Position numbers and translations under genes: made by a program
Part shown: piece by piece, positions 52,194-64,000 of the stretch
Layout of the letters: each line of letters begins with the position of its first letter
Numbering within the stretch: the stretch's first letter is position 1
NCBI RefSeq assembly: GCF_006345805.1
Contig: NC_043015.1
Location: forward strand, 40,796,001 to 40,860,000
DNA: 64,000 nt
Direction of reading: 5' to 3'
DNA from: Octopus sinensis
Lineage: Eukaryota
Notes under the pieces: model-generated
Databases searched by the model: none
What the model was told of the DNA's origin: nothing
What the model saw: the letters and a program-made list of their open reading frames with translations, nothing else

Positions 52194-52400
52194 TCAGCCG
52201 AAATTGCTAAGATGATCTGGTTCTTGACTGATGACTGAGGGCTCGAATGTCCCGTCCTGTGGTTCTTGTGTCGTCTCTGTGGTTGTTTCATGTTCTTGTC
52301 CATGTCTGTAATTATTTTTACTGTTTACCTATATATATATATATATAAATGAGTACCTCATTTCTTCTAATATAAAATACCTGTACATCATCTCCAAACC

Positions 52401-52410
<10 letters not shown>
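51906..52410. repeat. Near-identical ~220-bp direct duplication separated by (TA)n
   Basis: Units at ~51906-52125 and ~52189-52410; inverted partial copy at ~51750-51771; related to 18430-18590. Confidence 0.9.
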
Positions 52411-52471
<61 letters not shown>

Positions 52472-52683
52472 ATAGAAATGGACACGATGTAGAATAAAAA
52501 AAAATGACTATCTCCTCAGATACGGAAAGAATCGGTGAGACAATCACATGCATATGAGCAAATGTTCTTATGCATCACATATGCACGTGTAGAGGTCTTT
52601 TGGAAACCTTTCGAATTTCTTCAGTGATTCGACACGAAACTTACACACACACACATTAAAGTAATAAAGTTAATGCCTGGCCT

Positions 52684-52971
52684 TAGAGTGACCAATGGTT
52701 TCTGAATCCCTGAAGGCTGTAACTTCGCGGAGAACAACTCATCAAACTCTAGTCCCAAGGCAAATTCAAGTCTTGACCTCTGGGAGGGAGGAATCTATTA
52801 CAGTCATTGGTCATTTGGTTATCAAAGAAAGAATAAATAGTCCGGTGGTGTTAGTGATTGTTGATTCTTTGGTAACTAAATGACCCAATGACCATAACAG
52901 ATTTCTACCTGCCAGAGGTAAAGGAGTTGAATTTGTCCGATGATTCGTCCACGAAACCATCGGTCACTCTA
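52684..52971. mobile_element. Palindromic MITE (hAT/Tip100-like TAGAGTGACC termini)
   Basis: TAGAGTGACCAATGGTTTC / GAAACCATCGGTCACTCTA, with internal inverted arms GTCATTGGTCATTTGGTTATCAAAGAA / TTCTTTGGTAACTAAATGACCCAATGAC. Confidence 0.7.
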
Positions 52972-53241
52972 TGACCAGATATTAACTTTCTTAACTTTAA
53001 TACTTTACTGCTTTATACTTTACAGCGCGGTTCTTTTCCGGGTATATGATACATTGACGATATACATATATGTATGTGTGTTTATATATACACACATATA
53101 CAAATATATGGGTGTATATGTACACACACACACACTTCGCTTTTATTTATTGAGTTCTCTTGTTTCTGTTCATAAAATCAAACGTACTACCATAAGTGAG
53201 TGTGTGTGTATATATGTATGTATGTATGTGTATGTATGTAT

Positions 53242-53275
<34 letters not shown>

Positions 53276-53339
53276 GTGGTGTGTGTGTGTGTATGTATAT
53301 ATGTAAGGAGATAGAGATATCTACACTAAAGCCCCCTTC

Positions 53340-55405
53340 GACTTTGTTTCCTCATAACTTCCAGAAAATAGGTATCTTTTTAATGAAATTGTCTTCAAAT
53401 AGGTTTCGAGCGGTATAGATTCCGATAATACCGGAATTTGTTATGAAAACCTTTTCACAACAAAGACAAATCGTGTGGAATTTCTTGAAGCTCCTCTCCT
53501 CACCAAAGGATAAAAGCTTTTCACTAGAAATTCTGTTATAATGGTAATCTACACCATCTGAAGCTTATTTGTTGAAGATTTTTCTGGAATTTATGAAGAA
53601 ACAAAGTCGAATGGGACACACTTGTGTAGGTCTAAGCATATCTACACAAGAATGCCATCCCTATTTTGTTTTCCTCACGATTTTCAGAAAGATGGATATT
53701 TTTTAATGAAATTTCCAATAAATATGCTTCAGGTGGTGTAGATTCCGATCACATTAGAATTTGGGGAAAAGGGTTCGGAAAATTCAGACGAATCAACTTT
53801 GTTTCCTCATAACTTCAGAAAAATGGGTAGTTTTTCCAATGAAATGTTCGACAAATATCTTTCAAAATGTGTAGATTACAATTATATGGGAATTTACTAT
53901 GAAAGAAAGAAAATTGGTCGGTATGCACAGATATATGATATATACAGATCCTCTTCACAATTTTTTTCTAAAATTTCCAAGTTTTATTTTGTAGATATAC
54001 ATGTGATGTGTGTGGGTTCCCGCGATTTTATTTTCACTTTGAATTCCAATATAAACGTAATCTCTACAGACCTTTACTACAAAGATATTTATTTATACCC
54101 ATATTTCTAAAAGATGTGAAGAAACAAAGCTGACCCGACTAAATTTTCCAAAATCCCTCTCCTTTTCGCAACAAATTTCCATATCATCGGAATCTACACC
54201 ATCTTAAGTGTGTTTGTAGAAACTTTCATTTAGAAATCCAGTTTTATGAAAATTTGAGGGAACAAAGTCGGTGGATCACACTTTTGTAGTGTTGCCGAAT
54301 ATATTTTACAGTTTTGTAGTCCAACTTTCATCGTGTTACCCAAAAGTTCTGTAGCTGCACATGGAATCGGTGAATTCTTCTTTTGAAGTGATTTACCACC
54401 AGTTGCATTGTCTTTGGTAATGGTTATTCACTGTCGATTCTTCTCGTTGCCAATGTTTAATGATCCGCTGATCAGTTTTACCTGTGGTTCCATTATGCAT
54501 ACTTCGTAAGTGAAGGGCGAATATGGATGGGGTGTGACGCATTCTTGGTACCGTTAGGGCATCACTGGATTGGCAATTGGGGCATCTTAACACCTCTTTA
54601 ATAATTAATACGGTGAAAGTACGTGATTCCTCGGCTCCCGGTGGATTTTGTAGAACAATAATTTGGTACCCTTCTTTGTTTGGGTACCACTAGCGAACAG
54701 TGGTGCTGGTGCGCGTACTCGCGCATCCGCGCTAGCTAGTCATGACTAGTCGATCCTTACTTTGTGTTTTTGTGTTTTATTTACTTTGTTTAACAAAAAT
54801 TATTTTGTGCAAAAAAATTATTTATTTTGTGTTTTATTTACTTTGCTATGTAGTCGTTTTAGGATCGACTAGTCACGACTAGCTAGCGCGGATGCGCGAG
54901 AGCGCGCACCGGGACCCCTGTTCGCAAGTAGTACCCTTTGTTTGCATATTCTAAGGGCATCATAGCAAGTATGTATGTGTATACACACGCATACAAACCC
55001 ATATATATACACATATGCATACCTGCAGAATTACGTCTCTCCTCTCGTCTTTGTTTCCTCATAACTTGCGGAAAAATGGATATTTTTTTTTTTAATGAAA
55101 TTTTCTATAAATACCTTTCACATGTCTTAGATTACTATTCTACGAGAATTAAATGGGTAAAAGAAAATGTTTCGTTGCCCACGCAAATCTACTGAGGGAC
55201 TCATTACATAAAATATTTCTACAAAATAAAGCTTTAAATGTTGAAAACATTATGTCAGTATAACATGTGTGGGCACCCACCGTTTTTTCTTTTTCGTACA
55301 TTGACTTCTGATATAACCATAATCTATGACACCTAAAAGATATTTTTTTAAAAATTTAATTGAAAAATATCTATTTTTCTGAAAGTTATGAGGAAACAAT
55401 GTTGG
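53340..55405. repeat. Cluster of ~8 decayed copies of a ~100-bp motif (TTTGTTTCCTCATAACTTC..AAAAATGG) in alternating orientation, probably old MITE TIRs
   Basis: Copies at ~53343+, 53600-, 53664+, 53798+, 54125-, 54260-, 55050+, 55390-. Confidence 0.55.
54683..54935. mobile_element. Young CpG-rich MITE with ~75-bp TIRs and 9-bp TSD (Merlin- or MULE-like)
   Basis: GGTACCACTAGCGAACAG...CTAGTCGATCCT / AGGATCGACTAG...CTGTTCGCAAGTAGTACC; TSD CTTTGTTTG at 54674-54682 and 54936-54944. Confidence 0.88.
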
Positions 55406-55461
55406 AGAGGAGGAGACTTTTGGAGGTATGCTTTTATGTGTGTGTGTGTGTGTATGTGTAT

Positions 55462-55853
55462 ACTCTCTTTTACTCTTTTACTTGTTTCAATCATTTGACT
55501 GTGGCCATGCTGGAGCACTGCCTTTAGTCGAGCAAATCGACCCTGGGACTTATTCTTTGTAAACCTAGTACTTATTCTATCGGTCTCTTTTGCCGAACCA
55601 CTAAGTTACGGGGGCGTAAACACACCAGCATCGGTTGTCAAGCGATGTTAGGGGGAGAAACACAGACACACATACATATGTATATATACACATATACAAC
55701 AGGCTTCTTTCAGTTTCCATCTACCAAATCCACTCACAAGGCTTTGGTCGGCCCGAGGCTATAGTAGAAGACACTTGCCGAAAGTGCCACACAGTGGGAC
55801 TGAACCCGGAACCATGTGGTTGGTAAGAAAGCTACTTACCACACAGCCACTCC
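55462..55853 (-). mobile_element. SINE family A
   Basis: Full reverse-complement consensus. Confidence 0.88.
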
Positions 55854-56551
55854 TATACCTTGTATGTATATGTCATCTATATCTCTTTTCCTTTACTCAA
55901 CCATCCCATTTATATTCCGATCCCCATCCCTTGTGAGTATGCAGGGCACTTTGTCACCATCTCTATCCTGCTATTTCCCACTCTCTGTCTCTCTCCTTCT
56001 CCTGCACTTCCCTTAAATTGGGTAACCATGTATTTCCTTTGTGGTAGCACACCTGTTTCTGTCTTCATTCTTGATCTCTCTCTCTCTCCGGGTGGGTAAC
56101 CTTGTACTTCCTCTACAGCAAGACACCTGTTTCGGTCTCTCTGTCTCACTATAACCTTTCATCATCCAACACAAGATCACCTCCTCCAATGCCCCTCCCT
56201 TCTTGAAAGTTTTTTATTTCCCTTTTCTCCACCAAGTACTTAGTGACCCTGTCAGTGCAGGTGCCACTTAAAAGCACCCAGTCCACACTGTAAAGTGGTT
56301 GGCATTTGGAAGAGCATCAGCTATAAAAACCTTACCAAAACTGACCTCACCTGTGTTTGTGCCACATAAAAAGGCACTAAGTCCACTCTGCTGAGTGGTT
56401 GGTGTTAGGAAGGGCATCCAGCTGTAAAGATCCTGCCAAAACAGTCACAGAAGTCTGGTACAGGCTTCTGCCTGGCTGGCTCTTGTCAAACTGTTTCACC
56501 CATGGAAGGCAGACGTTAAACAACAACGACAATGATGAACATATTTATATT

Positions 56552-56584
<33 letters not shown>

Positions 56585-56675
56585 TAGAGGCTTCGAATGA
56601 CCCATCCGTTTTTTGTGTCGTCTATTTGAATGTTTTGTGTTCTTGTCCCATTTTGTATTTTTATATATATTTTTT

Positions 56676-56729
<54 letters not shown>

Positions 56730-57477
56730 TGAGCGGTTAGATATATATATATATATGTAACCGCTCAGTCGAAGTCGACTCTCGGTCACTCGTTGGATCA
56801 GTGTCCTCCAGTCAGTTCTATCCTGGGCCATATATATATTCGTCAGAAGTTACAGGCTGACTAAAGGACCAAGAGTGTTGTGCATTGACACACAAGTCAT
56901 TAATTTCTGACAATTAATTATAAATTATATATACTCATGTTTTCAGTTCTGTTTTATATTACCAAGCCCTATATGTGTGTATGATTGTATGTATGTATGT
57001 ATATGTGTGTGTGTGTATACATACACATACACACAATGACCCAGTGGTTAGGACAGTGGTTAGTGTTTATTGAGCGAAAACGCCTAAAGTTCCACGAGGC
57101 TTCAGCAGGGGGTGGTGGTGATCCCTGCTGTACTCATTCGCCACAACTTTCTCACTCTTTCTTCTGTTGGCCTGCTCGCTTAGCCAGCAGGGTGGCATCA
57201 TTGGAAGGCCAAAACAATGCAAAGCGCATTGTGACCAGCGATGTGTAGCAACATCTAATAGCCTGGTCGGTCAAAGGCAGATTCTTTCTAGACCCTGGTC
57301 ACCTCATGTACACATATACATGCACTCATACACACACACTCTCTCTCTCTCTCTCTGTATCTCTCTCTCTGTCTCTCTCTTTATCTCTCTCTCTCTCTCT
57401 GTATCTCTCTCTCTGTCTCTCTCTCTGTCTCTCTCTCTCTGTATCTCTCTCTGTCTGTCTCTCTCTCTCTCAGTCTC

Positions 57478-57508
<31 letters not shown>

Positions 57509-59111
57509 GATTGTCTGTCTGTCTGTCTCTTTCTCGCTGACATCACCATCATCATTTATGTACTCAATGACTTGAAAATGTGACAGTTTGACTCATCTAC
57601 AGTCAATGACTTGTGTAAAGTGTGTGTGTGTGTGTGTTTAGCAGTGATGGTTAGTCTGAAGAGGAATGGTTGAAACCAGCCTCCTTAACCAAAGGTGTTG
57701 GTGTTGTCGATGTCAGCACTATAAACCAGTCAAACACTCCTTATGAAAAAGTTAAGAAGTACTCTGTATGTGGTCTCTTGAGTGGCTAGAAATATCAGCC
57801 AAGTCTGTCTCTAATCACACACAACTATCTTAAGACACAAAGGATATATATTAGAGACTACAGTCCTAGATACAGAATGGCTGGATAAATGGAATGGTCA
57901 CAACTGGATCAGTGTTGATTTGGGAGTTGATTTACTCTTTACTCTTTTACTTGTTTCAGTCACTTGACTGCGGCCATGCTGGAGCACCGCCTTTAATCGA
58001 GCAAATCGACCCCGGGACTTATTCTTTGTAAGCCCAGTACTTATTCTATCGGTCGTATGTATGTGTGTATTTATCTGTATGTATGTATCTATGTGTGTGT
58101 GTGTATGTATGTATGTGTGTATCTATGCATGTGTATGTATGTATTTATCTGTGTGTGTGTATGTATCTATGTGTGTGTATGTATCTATGTGTATGTATGT
58201 ATGTATATATGTATCTATGTGTGTGTGTGTGTGTGTATGTATCAGTTTCTGTCTACCTAGTCCACTCATCCACTCCTGCAGTAGAAGACACTTGCCCAAG
58301 GTACCACATAGTGGGACTGAACCCAGAACCATGTGTTTGGGAAGCAAGCTTCTTACCACACAGCCATGCCTGCACCTCTGTGCATGCATATGCATGCACG
58401 TGCGTGTGTGTTAAATTTGACTCTTTCATTCTTTATTCCTCTTCCACTTTTTCTCTTCCTCTTCCTCACCACCCTCTCTCCGCATATGACCTTGAAATGA
58501 GAAACAGGATTACTAACAAGGTCAAGGCTGGTTCATGGCTTCCCTCCCACTCTCACCTATCTCCCTTCGTATTCCTCTGCACCCACCCCACACAGTCAGA
58601 GTGAAAGGGGATTGCATTTTGTGGGTGGTGTTGAGGGTGGTGGGGCTGGCGCAGACAGACACTCCCTGGTATTCTCTCTCCCAACAATTTCAACACAGCT
58701 GCCGCCATCCTCCCACCTTTCTCAAATGGCCATCTGTGCAGTCATATTGCTTACTATTACCGCTGCTGCTGCTGCTGCTCCTGCTACTACTGTTACTATT
58801 GCGACATTTTAGTAAGCGTTAGATCCACCCCGACTGGGGTACTTTGCCATTTGTCATCACCATTAGAGACAAACACAATTCTCTTGTGCTCAAACTCTTA
58901 CACCAATATATAGCTTCACACACATACACAAAAGTGGAGGCGTGGCTGTGGGGTTAAGAAGCTGGCTTCCCAACCACGTGGTTTCAGGTTCAGTCCCACT
59001 GTCCCACTGTGAGGCACCTTGGGCAAATGTTGTCTACAGTAGTCTTAGGCCAACCAAAGCTTTATGAGTAGATTTGAAAGAAGCCATTCATATACATGTA
59101 TGAATAGCTCA

Positions 59112-59518
59112 GTCATGGCTGTGTGGTAAGAAGCTTGCTTCCCAACCAAATGATTCTGGGTTCAGTCCCACTGCATGGCACCTTGGGCAATTGTCTTCAA
59201 CTACAGCCTTCGACCGACCAAAGCCTTGTGAGTGGATTTGGTAGACGGAAACTGAAAGAAGCTTGGCTGTTGTATATATATGTGTGTGTGTGTATATATA
59301 TATATATATTTGGAGTGTGTCTGTGTTTGTCCCCCACCATCCCTTGACAACCTATGTTGGTGTGTTTACATCCCCGTAACTTAGCAGTTTGGCAAAAGAG
59401 AGAAAAGAATAAGTAGTTGGCTTACAACAAATAAGTCTTGGGGTCGATTTGTTCGACTAAAGGCTGTGCTCCAGCTTGGCTGCTGTCAAATGACTGAAAC
59501 AAGTAAAAAGGATAAAAG
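59112..59518 (+). mobile_element. SINE family A (preceded by a partial copy at 58935-59085)
   Basis: Family A consensus. Confidence 0.85.
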
Positions 59519-60512
59519 AATGGGCCTGGAAAAAGAGGGTGCAAGCACACCCACTAAAATTTTTGTAGGGTGCGAAATCAAAATGTGCACCCCTACTTAT
59601 CCCAAGTTTAGAAAACCGAGTAAAAAGTGGTCGGTAAAACTAGCTTGAATCAGGTTTTTTTCTCAAATAACAAAGAATATAAATAGATTACGTTAAACAT
59701 GACTTTATTTTGTAAAAATTTTTGGACCTGGGTTTGTACTCAATAAGCAAATTTCGTTCCCAAGCCAGTGTATATACGTGTGTGTTTAGATATGCATGTG
59801 TGTGTTGCTGTCAGTTGTCAGAAGAGTAGTTAAGAGATGCCAGTTGACATGACATGAGCAAAAAGGTCAGAGGTGTCACTTCTGACCTCACTTAATCTCA
59901 TTTCGAATCTGGTTTAATCACAGGTTTAGGTGATCTTTGCATTTCATTGGTGTGTGTTTGTGTGTGCACTTGTATGTCTGACTGTTGCTCCATGTGCATG
60001 GATATATCTGTGTGTATGTGTTTGTGGATGCGTATATGTGTGCAGATGTGTATATGCCTACATCGTATGTTCATGTGTGTGCATTGGTCCATCTGTGTGT
60101 ATGTGTGCTTGTATAGGTCTGTGTGTGTACATTATATACTCATGTATGTGTGTTGCAGTCCATGTCTTAATGTGTGTGTGTCCATGTGTATGTGATTGGT
60201 AGAATTGTTGGTGAGTCAGACAAAAGATCTTGCAGTATTAGTTCCAGCTCTTTACACCTGGATTCACCTGTAACGACATCAGTGACCATTTGTAAGAGCC
60301 TTTGTAGTATTTGTCTTGGACAATGTCAGAAGGTGCAGGGTGGGAAACGCAGGACTTGCTGCATTGTCAATAGCATAAGTTGTGAGTGAAAATGGGTAGA
60401 TGGAACCCGTACAGAAACCTGTCGGGTGGAATTGGTCTGTAATTCAAAAGCTAGTTTTATCATGTATTGGAACTGTAATTGGTTCTGTCTGAGAATTACA
60501 TTAAGAGTACAA

Positions 60513-60760
60513 CATCATCATCATCATCATCATCATCACTCATCATCACCACTCATCATCACCCATCACCATCATCATTGTCATCATCATCACCATTATC
60601 ATCATCATCACCATTATCATCATCACTCACCATCATCATCACTCATCATCATCATCCTTACTCATCATCATCACCCATTACTATCATCATCATCACTCAT
60701 CACCATCCTCACCATCATGATCATCATCATCATCACTTATCATTATCATCCATCACCATC
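60513..60760. repeat. (CAT/CAC)n microsatellite
   Basis: Imperfect trinucleotide array. Confidence 0.95.
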
Positions 60761-62475
60761 AGCCATGGTCTTCCATGCTGGTATGGGTTGGATGGCTTGA
60801 CAGGATTCATGTGTCCTTGAGCTCCAATGTCTGTACCCACATGGTTTTTATGGCTGGATGCCCTTCCTAATGCCAACCACTTTACTAAGAGGACTAGAAT
60901 GATTTTCGTGTGGCACCAGCACTATTGAGGTCACCATGCAATTCACAAGACTATGAACCCATGGGTAGGGAGAAGGGAGGTCGGCATTTGTGCTAAGGGA
61001 AGTGGGGATTACAATGAGAAAGGGGAGCAGAGCAGATTCTTGCTGAGGGGTCTGCATAGCTACACACATCGAATAGGGGGAAAAGATGGGCATTGATGCT
61101 CGCAATAACAATTGTCTGTGGAATACTCATCCATTTACACATTAACTCAAAGAACAGGTAATTCAGATGAGATCAAACAACTGAATCCTCATTGTTGAAC
61201 AGCAGAGATCTATTACCACCATCAGGGTTTGGCTGCTATTTCTAGTAGATCAGGTGGTAACATACTGGCTCTTTCATTGACAGTAGTGTTGTATCATGGG
61301 CAGATCTCCAACTGTGAAGCACATCATTAACAAATTGCTCCGTTGCATTGTTATTTATATTCAGCTTTGCCTGACTCATCTCCTTGAGTTTGTTTTCGTA
61401 TACTTAAGGTGGAGGGGGTGGGAGTGACTATGTTTCATGTTGTGAAGTAAAAAATATCTGTTGAAACAATTAAATTTGCACCTGTAATAGAAATAAACAT
61501 CGTTTGTGTTAATGATAATTGTTGTCGTGGAAAGGAAGGGAGACAACTTTTGAATTAAAATCAGTTTGTTGAATAACGGGGTGCATTTAGTGGGGAGTGT
61601 AACAACAAATCTTTAAGTATGGTGACAACTCTGGGCATATTTATACACACACAAATTTAGGCACAGACATGGCTTGGTGGTAAGACGTAAGCTTCCCTAT
61701 TGGTTCTGGGTTCAGTCCCACTGCGTGGCACCTTGGGCACGTGTCTTCTACTATAGCCCCTGGCCTACCAAATCTTTGTGCGTGGATTTGATAGATGGAA
61801 ACCGAATGAAGCCTGTTGTATATATATATAAATATATCTATGTGTGTGTTTTTTGTGTTTGTCCCCCACCACTGCTTGACAAAATGGTGTTGGTTTGTTT
61901 ATGTCCCCATAACCTAGCAGTTTGGCATTAGAGACTTTAAAGCCTGTGTTAGTGCCATGAAGAAAGCACTCAGTACACCCTGTAAAATGGTTGACATTAT
62001 GAAAAGCATCCTGCCATAGAAACCGTCCAACCATGCCAGCATGGAGAACAAACATTGAATGATGATGATTCAAATTGAATTTCTGAGAGTATTCCTTAGT
62101 GAAAAACTCAGAGTACTGACTTGGTTTATGTTGAATTTATCAACCTTTATATGTATGTTTACGTTCATTTGTGTGTGCGTGTGTGTGTGTGCACGTGCGT
62201 GCGTGTGTGTGTTCATGCATGTGCACACATTCACATGCGCACATGCAATAATAGATTTTTGAAAAGATTATATTTTATAAGTTTTTACACATACAGATTT
62301 TCTTTTCTCTCTCTCTTTCTCCCCCTCCACACTCTCCCCTTTTCTCTCTCCCCTCCTCTCTTTCTCTCTCTCTCTCTCTCTTGCTCTTCTCTCTAACAGC
62401 TGCTGAAGAGAGCAACATCATTAATGATTGCAGATTTCGGGGAGTTTTGTGAGGAGGATCAGAGACAGCAATGTA

Positions 62476-62715
62476 GTGGCAGTGGTGGTGGTGATGGTGA
62501 TGATGGTGGAGATGGTGGAAGTAGTGGAAGAAGTATTGGTGGCGGCGGCAGTGATGGTAGTGGCGGTGATGGTGGTGGTGGTGGTGGTGGTGGTGACGGT
62601 GATAGTGATGATGGTGGAGATGGTGGAAGTAGTGGAAGAAGTATTGGTAGTGGTGGTGGCGGCGGCGGCAGTGATGGTAGTGGCGGTGATGGTGATGAAC
62701 GTGGTGGTGGTGGCA
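62476..62715. repeat. (GGT/GAT)n low-complexity tract with an internal ~105-bp tandem duplication
   Basis: GATGATGGTGGAGATGGTGGAAGTAGTGGAAGAAGTATTGGT occurs twice. Confidence 0.85.
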
Positions 62716-63649
62716 GCGACGAAAAATGTTCGTGTCAAATGTCTTACTTAATTGATGCTGTGTGTCGTGTGGGGTGGGGGAGAATGGAGAGGCGATGGGT
62801 CGATGGCGGTGGTGGTGGTGGTGGTGGTGGTGGGTGCTGCTTTTACACGGCTTCTCTTCCCGAGATAGAACGAGGAAACGGGATCTCCAACACAATCAAC
62901 GATAACGATCGCCACACATTTTCACTATTTACTACAGCTGCTGCTGCCGCTGCTCCTGCTGCTGCTGCTTCCCCTACCACTGCTACCACTACGGCAGTTC
63001 AGACAATTGACACCTCTCACATGCATGGTCTAGCATGTAAGAACGAGTTCTTACTTTTGGCTCGCTATTGTTGAAAGGCGACACTGAATTTTGGCAGAAT
63101 TTGAATCATTAGCAGCAGCATCCAAAAACCCAGTCTTCAGCAATACAACAGAACTACTACTATTACTACTACTACTACTATTTCACTGATAAGAAAGGAT
63201 CTCCCCATTTCTCTTTCTCTCTCCCCTTCTTTCTAGGGTTTTTTGTTATGGTTTAACTCCAGGTCACCCCAGAGTAAACAAAGGCCCCTAGATGTAAGTA
63301 TATCGAAGGCAACAATATCCGGCATGTCTTTTCAGTAATTTGAGGCAGATTTGGCTGCTATTTCTAGAAGCTCAATGCTTGTTGCTGTGAGGAGTCTTTG
63401 TTACAGCACGAGATCAGTGATTGATGATATTGGACAATTTAAGCTTTGATTTGAGACAGTGACAGGTCATGAACCTGATATCTTCTATGTCGTCAACTAT
63501 ACTAACACAGCATCTATAGTATTCCAGCTTTAATAAATGGAAATTTATAAATTCAGTTGTATATTTAAGAGATGAGGAATTATGTACATTATTTACATTT
63601 GATGGATATATGCCTTAGGAATGAGAACCCAGGTTTGAAATTTCCCCAA

Positions 63650-63695
63650 GACACCTGATGAAGGCTGGAGGGTATATCAGCCGAAACGTTGTGTT
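63650..63695 (+). ncRNA. Minimal hammerhead ribozyme of Penelope-like type
   Basis: Stem I GACAC/GTGTT; core CTGATGA(A) at 63655; stem II GGCTG/CAGCC; GAAA at 63683-63686; palindromic AACGTT minimal stem III; GUU triplet. Confidence 0.75.
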
Positions 63696-63774
63696 AACAA
63701 CAAACAAGATGAGGACATTTCGTTTTTGGATTTGGTTTGCAAGATTCTTTATATGAGTTCGTGTGTTGAAGCAT

Positions 63775-63997
63775 ATTCTGTTGTGTCTGTGGAGAATCAT
63801 TTTCTTTTTGTGCCTTATAATCAAACACACTCACCGGTAAAATTTCCACTTTTTTCTTATTTTTATTATCCTAAGGTTGCAAGACGCAACGAAAATTTTA
63901 GGAAAATAAAAATAAGAAAACAGTGGAAATTTTACCTGTGAGTGTGTTATATTATAAGGCACAAAAAGAAAATGACTCTCCCTAGACACAACAGAAG
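63775..63997. repeat. Inverted repeat (arms ~63775-63874 / ~63898-63997), Penelope-like fold-back
   Basis: TTCTGTTGTGTCT...TTATTTTTATTATCCTAA pairs with TTAGGAAAATAAAAATAAG...AGACACAACAGAA. Confidence 0.85.
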
Positions 63998-64000
63998 ATA

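Noticed and set aside
60174-60389. Cys-rich ORF resembling a small secreted peptide
   Set aside because: No signal peptide or recognisable cysteine pattern, and no consistent splice partners

Overview
Eukaryotic, AT-rich, repeat-dominated genomic DNA. The SINE families and the (TA)n/(CA)n/(TAA)n load point to a coleoid cephalopod, most likely Octopus (inference from pattern recognition, not a database search). Almost every ORF in the supplied track is a microsatellite or SINE artefact. Manual splicing recovers two complete, convergent four-exon housekeeping genes: NDUFA11 (+, 23308-34049, 181 aa) and PSMG3/PAC3 (-, 48096-36497, 130 aa). The rest comprises several tRNA-headed SINE families, R4/Dong-, Tx1/L1- and RTE-type LINE remnants, an internally deleted mariner, pogo/Tigger-, hAT- and Merlin-like MITEs, a non-autonomous Helitron, Penelope-like fold-back repeats carrying minimal hammerhead ribozyme motifs, an intronic 28S rRNA pseudogene fragment spanning the hidden-break region, and a 100-N gap. 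I found no clearly new protein-coding system. The most interesting signals are RNA-level or mobile-element mechanisms: hammerheads, SINE multimers with a fixed junction, a stack of elements in (TAA)n with an 11x iterated terminus, and intronic dsRNA/circRNA potential.
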